DNA of 18,411 nt from Octopus sinensis (taxonomy: Eukaryota), in the NCBI RefSeq assembly GCF_006345805.1, contig NW_021824534.1:1-18411 (forward strand), written 5' to 3'. Below the pieces are notes generated by a model. That model made no database searches and was not told the origin of the DNA. It worked only from the letters and a program-made list of their open reading frames with translations. Below, in pieces: positions 1 to 9,672 of this stretch (position 1 is the stretch's first letter; each line of letters opens with the position of its first letter). The position numbers and the translations under genes are program-made.

Positions 1-53
1 TGGGAATGAACCCGGAACCATGTGGTTGGTAAGCAAGCTACTTACCACACAGC
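1..53 (-). mobile_element. SINE family A, 5' tRNA-like head (runs off the window edge)
   Basis: Reverse complement GCTGTGTGGTAAGTAGCTTGCTTACCAACCACATGGTTCCGGGTTCATTCCCA has A-box/B-box-like motifs and matches the heads at 6962 and 7399. Confidence 0.8.
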
Positions 54-64
54 TATATATATAT

Positions 65-281
65 TACTCTTTTCTCTTTTACTCTTTTACTTGTTTCAGT
101 CATTTGTCTGCGGCCATGATGGAGCACCGCCTTTAGACGAGCAAATCGACCCGGGGACTTATTCTTTGTAAGCCCAGTACTTATTCTATCACTCTCTTTT
201 GCCGAACCGCTAAGTGACGGGGACGTAAACACACCAGCGTCGGTTGTCAAGCAATGCTAGGGGTCAAACACTGACACACAA

Positions 282-316
<35 letters not shown>

Positions 317-472
317 CATATATACGACAGGCTTCTTTCAGTTTCCGTCTACCAAATCCACTCACAAGGCATTAGTCGGCCCGGGGTTATGGCAGAAGAC
401 ACTTGCCCAAGATGCCATGCAGTGGGACTGAAGCCAAAATCATGTGGTTGTTTAGCAAGCTACTTACCACAC
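65..472 (-). mobile_element. SINE family A, near full length, with internal (TA)n(TG)n microsatellite
   Basis: Reverse complement aligns along its length with the + copy at 6962-7385: head, CTTGGGCAAGT CORE-like motif, internal microsatellite, tail TGACTGAAACAAGTAAAAGAGTAAAAGAG. Confidence 0.85.
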
Positions 473-612
473 ATATATATATAAACGTATAGAGGGAGAC
501 AGACAAACAGACATATAGACAGACAGACAGACAGACAGACATATAAATAGATAGATAGAAAAATAGATAGACAGATAGATAGATAGAGTGATAGATAGAT
601 AAATAGATAGAG
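473..612. repeat. Compound microsatellite (TA)n/(GACA)n/(GATA)n
   Basis: Seen directly. Confidence 0.9.
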
Positions 613-635
613 AGATGTGTGCGCGCGTGTGTCTG

Positions 636-785
636 GGACGGGATTCTTTCAGTTTTCGTCAATCATACATACATTTGCAAGGGTTTTGTCGGCTCAGATT
701 TAAACTAAATTGCCCCCGCCGCTGGTGCAAAGCAGTGGGACAGAACCCAGAACTATGTGGTTGGAAAGCAAACCTCTTACTGTAC
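636..785 (-). mobile_element. Old diverged SINE family A 5' half
   Basis: TTCTTTCAGTTTTCGTC...GCAGTGGGACAGAACCCAGAACTATGTGGTTGGAAAGCAA is collinear with 330-470. Confidence 0.65.
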
Positions 786-1212
786 AGGAACACCTGCACC
801 TAAAATCAGTGCCATTCCTGTGACGGAAATGGAACCCGTGGCACCTGGATAACAGCCAGGAATCCTAACTTCTATATCCTTAAATATTACTCATTATCTA
901 AAACATAACTATTTTTACTCTGGTAGAAAATCGTGATTTTTCTTAAGCAAAGATATAAGATTGATTCGATGTTACTTAAGCTTTGTTTTCTCATTTCGTT
1001 AAAAACGAAAGTGAAAGTCGCATAGAGATTAGATAGTGACATTTTAATTCGAGAGAGGTTCATTGATTCTCTCATTCACAGCTCTTTGTCTATAAATGAT
1101 TTCTTTTATGGACGTAAGGAACATACGAGACACACAGACGAAGTACAGAATCCGCCACGGTGGGATTCTAAAGAGAATGTAAAGGGACGTGACTGAATAC
1201 TAAAGATATTTT

Positions 1213-1864
1213 ATCAGTCGATTCATGATTTTTACAAATCCATCCATGTCCTTTCCGTTCTCTGTGGAACTGAGAAATAATAACTGTAAACCGAATGTAG
1301 TCAGCTACAGTATTCTAGATTATAGAATTATAAAATTGATTTCAGTAATTATCTCTCTTTTATTGATTCATATTATATGCCTCTTGTATGAATAAAATAC
1401 TTACTCTATCAGGTCTAGTCAGAAAACCAGACCTGATAGAGAAAAACTGGAGTAAGTTTTGAATTTAGCCGGCAAAATCACTTGGAATTCATTGAAATAT
1501 TCCAGGCACCAGACAAGAAAAAATTTGCCCAGTGTTATTTATTTTAATATTCAACAGATCGCTAATCACTATCCTAAGAATTATTACCCTATTTTCATAT
1601 CTATTTCTTTATTTTAAATCTGTCTATCCCGATTAAATCCTAAATCACAGCAAAATTCGAAATCAGAACGTTAAGTTTCATGACAGAGTAGAAAGGATAG
1701 TTGATCAGTCGATCCATGATTTCTACAAATCCATCTCCGTCCTTTCCATTCTCATCAGAAGTGGAAAATGAAAATGGTAAACCGAGTGTAATAAAAGCAC
1801 AAGTCAGCTACAGTATTTTATATTATAGAATTATAAAAACAATTTCAGTAATTATCTCTCTTTT
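1213..1864 (+). repeat. Diverged ~150-bp direct duplication (1213-1360 and 1704-1864)
   Basis: Shared collinear blocks ATCAGTCGAT.CATGATTT.TACAAATCCATC, GTAAACCGA, AGTCAGCTACAGTATT, ATTATAGAATTATAAAA and ATTTCAGTAATTATCTCTCTTTT. Confidence 0.85.
1404..1441. repeat. 13-bp perfect inverted repeat with 12-nt loop
   Basis: CTCTATCAGGTCT (1404-1416) / AGACCTGATAGAG (1429-1441). Confidence 0.9.
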
Positions 1865-3029
1865 CATTCTTAATATTATTAATTCACTTACCTTTAAGGT
1901 TCTTGGCTGTTACAGGGTTGTTAAGTAAACTTCACTTTTAGTTGCAAAATCGACCAACAAGACGTGTCTCACTGCAAACAATAAGCTTCTGCCTTTTAAT
2001 GTTCCCTTTTCCTAGTCTCGATAAACAAGCTTTCTTTTATTTATTCCTATTCTCTTCGTTCTGATAATGTAAGAATAAATTCAGGATATTTCACAATTGA
2101 CTTCTTTTTGCATTGGTTTCGAAAAGACAATGTCTTTAAAACAATCCCTCCCGAGTTCTTCCACTCTTATAATAATTGATGGCCAACTTGAACTTTCTTT
2201 CCCTCTTACTCCAGAAGTCGTCGCCAGCAAATTTCACTTTTCGTTAAATAAGTTCTTAAATTCCAGGTGTTATATTCGTTTGTCTTTCTCTCCAGAATGC
2301 TTTGCTCTTCAGAAGGTAAGTAAATTATCAGTTTTACCCGTAGCTTTGTTAGGTTATCAACAGCAACTGTTTCTATCCATCGATCTTAGCAAATAAACCA
2401 CTTGAAACAAGTCGACTGCGTTTGGATGCATGGTGCGCGAAACGATTTTATTTTAACTTGGCAATATATCGATAGCTTTAAATGTCTAATTATGCACTAG
2501 ATAAATTACACTTAATGCCCCATAAACTGTGGTCAACGATTACAGGACGAGAATCCATATCTTATTGAAATGAAGCCATGCTTTGGATTGTATTTCGATT
2601 CAAAGTAAACGTTGATAATGTTCCCCTAGAAAGGAATGAATGCTACGAATTTCCCTTTGAATTAGGAAGCAAAATTCTTTTCAATATTTAGTGTAATCCA
2701 GCGTTGTGAGTTCGGATTTGGCCAAGATTACATTCACTGTTAATGCCAGATTTGACATCGACTGAAACAAGTACAAGAGTACAAGATATATGTGTGTGTA
2801 TGTGTATGTGTATGTGTGTATAAATGAATATATAAGTATACGTCCGTCTTCTTTTTACTTATGTAAACTATGGTTATTTAAGCGCGTAAAATATTCATAC
2901 TACATTACCTTTTGAGAAAATAAAAAAATATTTACTTATAACAAATCAATCAATATTATCTGTTGATTAACCTCTAGTTTTCTTTTCACGAACAGAAGCT
3001 AGGGGTTATCAATATTTCCCTTTTGTAAA

Positions 3030-3246
3030 GCGACGTGCTGGCTGAATCGTTGCCGCGCACGTGCAAAATTGTCAGCGGCATTACATCTGCCTACACGTTC
3101 TGAGTTCAAATTACACCACGGTCAGCTTTATCTTTTATCTTATCGGGGTCGATAAAATAAGCACCACTTGAACACTAGTATCGATGTAATCGACTTAAAC
3201 ATCCACCGAAATTGCTGGCCTTGTGCCAAAAGTTGAATAAAATTAT
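3030..3246 (+). mobile_element. Diverged SINE family B copy (older subfamily tail)
   Basis: GCTGGCTGAATCGTT...ACGTTCTGAGTTCAAATT...TCGGGGTCGATAAAATAAG...TCGATGTAATCGACTTAA matches the young copies at 10013 and 17958. Confidence 0.8.
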
Positions 3247-3404
3247 TCAATTGGTTTATGTCTCAACGTTTCAAAGAGTCACCGGATATTTCTTGTTTGA
3301 ACTTGTAACTTCTGTTAAATCAATCAGCTTTTATAATTATTCACTGTTAATATTCTCTTAACTCGTGAGCGTCGTAGCTAGGCTTTAAAAGAGCGCATTT
3401 GTTT

Positions 3405-3727
3405 GTGGAGGTGCACTGGCCCAGTGGTTAGGGCAGCGGACTCGCGGTCAGAGGATCGCAGTTTCGATTCCCAGACCGAGCTTTGTGTGTGTTTATTGAG
3501 CGAAAACACCTAAAAGCTCAACGAGGCTCCGGCAGTGGGTGGTGGCGACCCCTGTTGTACTCTTTCTCCACAACTTTCTCTCACTCTCTCTTCCTGTTTC
3601 TTGAGTAACGCTGCGATGGACTGGCGTCCCGTCCAGCTGGGGGGAACACATACGCCCCAGAAACCGGGAAACCGGGCCCATGAGCCTGGCTAGGGTTGAA
3701 AATGGCGAAGAAAGAAGAAAAGGCATA
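3405..3727 (+). mobile_element. SINE family C, full length (tRNA-derived head, V-domain-like body)
   Basis: A box TGGCCCAGTGG, B-box-like GTTTCGATTCC; body motif CTGCGATGGACTGGCGTCCCGTCCAG resembles the V-SINE central domain as recalled. Related copy on the - strand at 13350-13662. Confidence 0.8.
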
Positions 3728-3737
3728 TATTTATTTG

Positions 3738-3969
3738 TTTGTTTATTACCCACAAGGGGCTAAACACAGAGAGGGCGAACAAGGACAGACAAACGGATTA
3801 AGTCGATTATATCGACTCCAGTGTGTAACTGGTACTTAATTTATCGACCCCGAAAGGATGAAAGGCAAAGTCGACCTCAGCGGAATTTGAACTCAGAACG
3901 CAGCGGCAGATGAAATACGGCTACGCATTTCGTCCGGCGTGCTAACGTTTCTGCCAGTTCGCCCGCCTT
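3738..3969 (-). mobile_element. SINE family B, full length (tRNA head + Meta-domain-like body)
   Basis: Highly similar to 17958-18189; contains GCCTTTCATCCTTTCGGGGTCGATAAAT.AAGTACCAG, resembling the MetaSINE central domain as recalled. Confidence 0.9.
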
Positions 3970-3980
3970 ATGATATATAG

Positions 3981-4168
3981 GAAAACAAAACATCAGAACA
4001 CAGGACCTGGCGTCAGTCCTGCTTCTCCTCAGCTCAAAGATTTGAGTATGTCGACTACAACATCGGGGCCAACCGCGTTCATGCATGAAGGCATTGTTGG
4101 CAAAAGGCTGCTCCCCTAAATGGAAACCCTGTCATTGTGGTTTCGTGGCACGAAGCAAAGCAGGCCTT
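3981..4168 (+). mobile_element. RTE-clade LINE ORF2 C-terminal remnant (frameshifted)
   Basis: Hand translation gives ENKTSEHRTWRQSCFSSAQRFE, then after one frameshift RLQHRGQPRSCMKALLAKGCSPKWKPCHCGFVARSKAGL. This fits the RTE end pattern (DR..WR......FE..R...R + terminal CG...S..GL zinc knuckle). Cut by SINEs on both sides. Confidence 0.6.
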
Positions 4169-4409
4169 ACTCTTTTACTGGATTCAGTCACAATGCGATT
4201 CGCATTGTTTTAGCCTTCGAAACGACGCCACCCCGCCGGCTAAGCGACCAGGCCAACAGAAGAAAAAGTGAGAGAAAGTTGCGGCGAAAGAGTACTGTAG
4301 GGATCACCACCATCCCCTGCCGGAGCCTCGTGGAGCTTTATGTATTTTCGCTCAATAAATCCTACGCCCGCGAGTTCGCTGCCCTAACCACTGGGCCATT
4401 GCGCCTCCA
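4169..4409 (-). mobile_element. SINE with family C head, alternative body and B-box deletion
   Basis: 4260-4409 is the reverse complement of the 3405-3590 head but lacks the B-box segment. The body differs, contains the palindrome ACAATGCGA-T-TCGCATTGT (4190-4208) and ends in a family A-like tail. Confidence 0.75.
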
Positions 4410-4437
4410 TATATATATTATATATATATATATATAT

Positions 4438-4489
<52 letters not shown>

Positions 4490-4526
4490 TATATAATATA
4501 TATATATACATATATATACATATATA
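4410..4526. repeat. (TA)n microsatellite
   Basis: Seen directly. Confidence 0.95.
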
Positions 4527-4885
4527 TGTGGTTGGTTAGCAAGCTACTTACCACACAGCCACTCCTGCGCCCTTGTGGGTAATAAAAAAAATCAACTTTG
4601 AGCAGTCACACTAGGAAGACCGCTAAGACCAGACCACCTCGGTTACTCGGACAGACTACTTCGAGCAAGAAACGATTTCGGACACTCACGCTGTACCACA
4701 GCTAGCCTTCTACAAGACACAGCACGATTCTCTCTTCACGGACGGCAAATATATCATCAACATTTTGTCCTTTGTAAACGATCAATACAATACACAATGT
4801 CCAGCAATGAATAGGTTACAAGATATATTGTTCGTGATTTCACTTCATGTATTATACACGAAGCCAATAAGGCCACAACACGATA
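4526..4885. repeat. Left arm of ~360-bp inverted duplication (SINE A head fragment + SINE B tail fragment + unclassified repeat X)
   Basis: Reverse complement of 6652-7010; I counted 3 substitutions over ~4645-4885, with clustered indels in the outer part. Confidence 0.9.
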
Positions 4886-5272
4886 AATAACGAAAATATC
4901 GATATTTAAAGATCGATATAATCTAGTGGCCAGCATGGGAAAAAATACCGTAATTATTACCTTTGTGTGTATATATATATATATATATAATTTCAACAAT
5001 TGAGGGTAAAATTAATTAATTATTAATCAATTTCACCAAGTATTCAGTATGTAAAGGGACCATTATAGGCGAATTCAAAATATTACATTATATATAAGGC
5101 TTAGTAAAATAAATTACTTTGCCACATACTGAACTCATTAGAAATAGCAGCTAAAGAAATTTCTTCAGCTATTTCTAATACTTAAAGAAGATCTCTCTCA
5201 GATAGTGTTTGCCTAAACCAACTCACAAAAGTATGGGGGAAAAAACATTAAAAAATCAAGTGCAAAGTTATT

Positions 5273-5324
5273 TGAGAACGTACGTTTCTAGATTAGTCAA
5301 TTCGACATTTCTTTCTTCAGCTCA
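5273..5324 (-). ncRNA. Minimal type I hammerhead ribozyme motif (copy 1)
   Basis: Exact reverse complement of 5917-5968. Confidence 0.65.
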
Positions 5325-5916
5325 GAATTCCTTGAATCGGATTTGGGAACACTGAAAGTCGGGAGCATACCCTTTCGTAGTTCGAGCAGAATTCTAGAGA
5401 ATTCTGCTCGAACTAAAAGTGCTATCAAATTCGAATATGCAAGCGAAGAATTTCTGCTCTCCCCTTTCCACCAGCGTGGGTTAAAATTGACAAACACCAT
5501 GTATTAACGGTGAAAACCGCAGCATTTAGCAGAGAGAGATGAATTATAATTTCAACAATTGAGGGTAAAATTAATTAATTATTAATCAATTTCACCAAGT
5601 ATTCAGTATGTAAAGGGACCATTATAGGCGAATTCAAAATATTACATTATATATAAGGGCTTAGTAAAATAAATTACTTTGCCACATACTGAACTCATTA
5701 GAAATAGCAGCTAAAGAAATTTCTTCAGCTATTTCTAATACTTAAAGAAGATCTCTCTCAGATAGTGTTTGCCTAAACCAACTCACAAAAGTATGGGGGA
5801 AAAAACATATTCGAATTTGATAGCACTTTTAGTTCGAGCAGAATTCTAGAGGTGATTAGAAGCCGAAAGGGTATGCTCCCGACTTTCAGTGTTCCCAAAT
5901 CCGATTCAAGGAATTC

Positions 5917-5968
5917 TGAGCTGAAGAAAGAAATGTCGAATTGACTAATCTAGAAACGTACGTTCTCA
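5917..5968 (+). ncRNA. Minimal type I hammerhead ribozyme motif (copy 2)
   Basis: TGAG | CTGAAGA (5921-5927) | imperfect stem II (AGA..GTC-GAATT-GAC..TCT) | GAAA (5953-5956) | palindromic CGTACG | TT | CTCA; triplet GUU. Confidence 0.65.
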
Positions 5969-6157
5969 AATAACCTTTGCACTTGATTTTTTAATGTTTT
6001 TTTCCCCATACTTTTGTGAGTTGGTTTAGGCAAACACTATCTGAGAGAGATCTTCTTTAAGTATTAGAAATAGCTGAAGAAATTCTTTAGCTGCTATTTC
6101 TAATGAGTTCAGTATGTGGCAAAGTAATTTATTTTACTAAGCCCTTATATATAATGT

Positions 6158-6327
6158 TATATATATATATATATTATATATATATATATATATATATGTA
6201 TTTTGGCAGGGCTGGCCTGCTAGGTAGCCGGCCAGAATGCTAGAAGAAGATCATCAACGATCAAACTACAAGGGAAATTGATATTAAAATTAATATTAAT
6301 TTATCTCCCTCAATTTTAAAATATTTA

Positions 6328-6384
<57 letters not shown>

Positions 6385-6427
6385 TATATTATATATATAT
6401 TTATATGTCTATATATATAGTATATAA
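6158..6427. repeat. (TA)n tracts interrupted by a short pLTR-like fragment (6275-6320)
   Basis: TA runs seen directly; reverse complement AATTGAGGGAGATAAATTAATATTAATTTTAATATCAATTTC resembles the start of the 4986 unit. Confidence 0.7.
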
Positions 6428-6430
6428 ATA

Positions 6431-6505
6431 CTTTATTTAAAAGCAGCAGAAAATTCAACAAAACCTCTTACTCTGAGATTCACGTTCCCGTTCGTCGGTC
6501 AGTTT
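6431..6505 (-). mobile_element. Second PLE-like fragment with degenerate hammerhead
   Basis: Minus strand: CTGA CCGACGA ACG-GGAA-CGT GAAT CTC-A-GAG TA AGAG. Hammerhead layout with U4C and GAAA>GAAT changes and weak stem I. Confidence 0.45.
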
Positions 6506-6945
6506 ATATTACACAAAGGGAATGCTGTGTATGCATAATAAATCAATGACTGGTTTATTATGTCATCGATTGATTATGCGTACATGCCTCGTGATGTTTC
6601 ATGTAAGCCCAATGTAGTGGGTTAGCGTATGTGTGGTGTATTGAGCGTGACTATCGTGTTGTGGCCTTATTGGCTTCGTGTATAATACATGAAGCGAAAT
6701 CACGAACAATATATCTTGTAACCTATTCATTGCTGGACATTGTGTATTGTATTGATCATTTACAAAGGACAAAATTTTGATGATATATTTGCCGTCCGTG
6801 AAGAGAGAATCGTGCTGTGTCTTGTAGAAGGCTAGCTGTGGTACAGCGTGAGTGTCCGAAATCGTTTCTTGCTCGAAGTAGTCTGTCCGAGTAACCGAGG
6901 AGTGTCTGGTCCTTATCGCGTCTTCATGTGCATGCTCAAAGTCGA
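6506..6945. repeat. Unclassified repeat X, copy 2 (includes right arm of the inverted duplication)
   Basis: 6652-6945 is inverted relative to 4595-4885; whole segment is collinear with the diverged copy at 12959-13349. Confidence 0.85.
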
Positions 6946-6961
6946 TTTTTTTTATTACCCA

Positions 6962-7385
6962 GGGCGTGGCAGTGTGGCTGTGTGGTAAGTAGCTTGCTAA
7001 CCAACCACATGGTTCCGGGTTCAGCCCCCTGCGTGGCATCTTGGGCAAGTATCTTCTACTATAGCCTCGGGCCGACCAAAGCGTTGTGAGTGGATTTGGT
7101 AGACGGAAACTGAAAGAAGCCTGTCGTATATATATATATATATATATATTTATGTATGTATGTGTGTGTGTTTGTGTGTCTGTATTTGTTCCCCTAGCAT
7201 TGCATGACAACCGATGCTGGTGTGTTTACGTCCCCGTCACTTAGCGGTTCGGCAAAAGAGACCGATAGAGTAAGTACTGGGCTTACAAAGAATAAGTCCT
7301 GGGGGTCGAGTTGCTCGACTAAAGGCGGTGCTCCAGCATGACCACAGTCAAATGACTGAAACAAGTAACAAAGTAAAAGAATAAT
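6962..7385 (+). mobile_element. SINE family A, full length
   Basis: TGGCTGTGTGG A-box-like, GGTTCAG B-box-like, CTTGGGCAAGT, internal (TA)n(TG)n at ~7127-7175, tail TGACTGAAACAAGTAA. Confidence 0.9.
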
Positions 7386-7398
7386 ATATATATATATA

Positions 7399-7530
7399 TG
7401 GGCGTAGGAGTGGCTGTGTGGTAAGTAGCTTGCTTACGAACCACATGGTTCCGGGTTAAGTCCCACTGCGTGGCACCTTGGGCAAGTGTCTTCTACTATA
7501 GCTTCGGGCCGACCAAAGCCTTGTGAGTTG
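7399..7530 (+). mobile_element. SINE family A 5' portion, 3'-truncated
   Basis: GGCGTAGGAGTGGCTGTGTGGTAAGTAGCTTGC...GGCCGACCAAAGCCTTGTGAGT matches 6962-7091. Confidence 0.85.
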
Positions 7531-7626
7531 GGATCTTTTCGGTTTGAACGGCAGTCCAATAATACTATATTTGTTCCACTTCCTCGCGTTGTTGTGTTTT
7601 TTTGTGCTTTCTTGTTTGGATTAACT

Positions 7627-7667
7627 ATATATATATATGTAAGTATATATATATATATAATGTAAGT

Positions 7668-7711
<44 letters not shown>

Positions 7712-7747
7712 TATAATATATATATATGTATGTTGTGTGTGTGTGTA
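7627..7747. repeat. (TA)n/(TG)n microsatellite
   Basis: Seen directly. Confidence 0.9.
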
Positions 7748-7784
7748 CGCATCCACACACAGTACTTTCCTTTTTATATATAAT

Positions 7785-7895
7785 TTTAAAGCCTAGAATA
7801 TATTCTATTGGTTTCTTTAGCCGAACCACTGTTATCGGGATGTAAACACACCAACAGCAGTTGTCAGGCGGTGGTGGGAGACGAACATACACACA
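7785..7895 (-). mobile_element. Old SINE family A-related 3' half
   Basis: AAGCCTAG..TATTCTAT..GCCGAACC..GTAAACACACCA..GTTGTCA is collinear with 170-280. Confidence 0.65.
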
Positions 7896-8082
7896 TCTAT
7901 CTATCTACCTCTCTCTCTCTCCTCTCTGTCACCTTTACATCTGACATGAAAAACTACGAGAAAAGCAAAAAAAAAGAGAAAAAATTGATTGCTATTAAAA
8001 CGCGTAGAATTTTGGGGTTAATAATCTTAATCTTTAGTTACAGTTTCTCATTAAAACTACATAATAGGCAGAATTGTCGGAT

Positions 8083-9672
8083 TAAGACAGTAGGGTGTTT
8101 TTAGGGAGATTTGGTTGCTATTTCTACCAGGTCTAGCTACCATGTAGAGGTCTCCCTCATTGGCTTATACATACATATATACATAGATAAGAGAGTAGGG
8201 TGTGATTTGAGGGAGATTTGGCTGCTATTTCTACCAGGTCTATCTACCATGTAGAGGTCTCTCTCGTTGGCTTATACATACATATATACATAGATCAGAG
8301 AGCAGGATGTTTTTAGGGAGATTTGGCTGCTATTTCTACCAGGTCTAGCTACCATGTAGAGGTCTCCCTCATTGGCTCATACATAGATATATACATAGAT
8401 AAGAGAGTAGGGTGTGATTTGAGGGAGATTTGGCAACTATTTCTGCCAGGTCTGGCTACCATGTAGAGGTCTCCCTCATTGGTTTATACATACATATATA
8501 CATAGATAAGAGAGTAGGGTGTGATTTGAGGGAGATTTGGCTGCTATTTCTACCAGGTCTATCTACCATGTAGAGGTCTCTCTCGTTGGCTTATACATAC
8601 ATATATACATAGATCAGAGAGCAGGGTGTTTTTAGGGAGATTTGGCTGCTATTTCTACCAGGTCTAGCTACCATGTAGAGGTCTCCCTCATTGGCTCATA
8701 CATACATATATACATAGATAAGAGAGTAGGGTGTGATTTGAGGGAGATTTGGCAACTATTTCTGCCAGGTCTGGCTACCATGTAGAGGTCTCCCTCATTG
8801 GCTTATACATACATATATACATAGATAAGAGAGTAAGGTGTGATTTGAGGGAGATTTGGCTGCTATTTCTACCAGGTCTATCTTACCATGTAGAGGTCTC
8901 TCTCGTTGGCTTATACATACATATATACATAAATAAGAGAGCTGGGTGTGATTTGAGGGAGATTTGGCTGCTATTTCTGCCAGGTCTGGCTACCATGTAG
9001 AGGTCTCCCTCATTGGCTCATACATACATATATACATAGATAAGAGAGTAGGGTGTGATTTGAGGGCGATTTGGCAACTATTTCTACCAGGTCTATCTAC
9101 CATGTAGAGGTCTCCCTCGTTGGCTTATACATACATATATACATAAATAAGAGACAGGGTGTTTTTAGGGAGATTTGGCTGCTATTTTTGCCAGGTCTGG
9201 CTACCATGTAGAGGTCTCCCTCATTGGCTCATACATACATATATACATAGATAAGAGAGTAGGGTGTGATTTGAGGGAGATTTGGCAACTATTTCTGCCA
9301 GGTCTATCTACCATGTAGAGGTCTCCCTCGTTGGCTTATACATACATATATACATAAATAAGAGAGCAGGGTGTTTTTAGGGAGATTTGGCTGCTATTTT
9401 TGCCAGGTCTGGCTACCATGTAGAGGTCTCCCTCATTGGCTCATACATACATATATACATAGATAAGAGAGTAGGGTGTGATTTGAGGGAGATTTGGCAA
9501 CTATTTCTACCAGGTCTAGCTACAATGTAGAGGTCTCCCCCATTGGCTTATACATACGTATATACATAGATAAGACAGCAGGGTGTTTTTAGGGAGATTT
9601 GGCTGCTATTTCTACCAGGTCTAGCTACCATGTAGAGGTCCCTCTCATTGGCTTATACATACATATATACAT
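8083..9672. repeat. Minisatellite, 15 units of 104-108 bp with higher-order structure
   Basis: GGGAGATTTGG-type anchor at 8104, 8211, 8316, 8423, 8530, 8635, 8742, 8849, 8957, 9064, 9168, 9275, 9380, 9487 and 9592. Confidence 0.95.

Larger units (their letters stand above)
4986..6157. mobile_element. Penelope-like element pseudo-LTR cluster: partial tandem plus inverted copy
   Basis: 4986-5248 is directly repeated at 5545-5808; 5085-5439 is inverted at 5806-6157; the unit carries a minimal hammerhead motif. Partial-tandem/inverted pLTRs with minimal hammerheads are established PLE hallmarks. No RT/GIY-YIG ORF is present, so the class is inferred. Confidence 0.65.

Noticed and set aside
2097-2396. 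99-aa ORF in unique sequence
   Set aside because: TTG start, Leu/Ser/Phe-rich composition typical of random AT-rich DNA, no recognisable motif.
6074-6095. Additional CTGAAGA core
   Set aside because: No stem II followed by GAAA/stem III; it is part of a simple hairpin.
6599-7210. 203-aa ORF
   Set aside because: Runs through a SINE and microsatellite into repeat X; the frame is broken in the diverged copy and has no recognisable domain.
1-7530. Mirror arrangement of SINE A + (TA)n + SINE A head at 1-472 and 6962-7530
   Set aside because: The copies differ at many positions; more simply explained by independent insertions into TA-rich tails.
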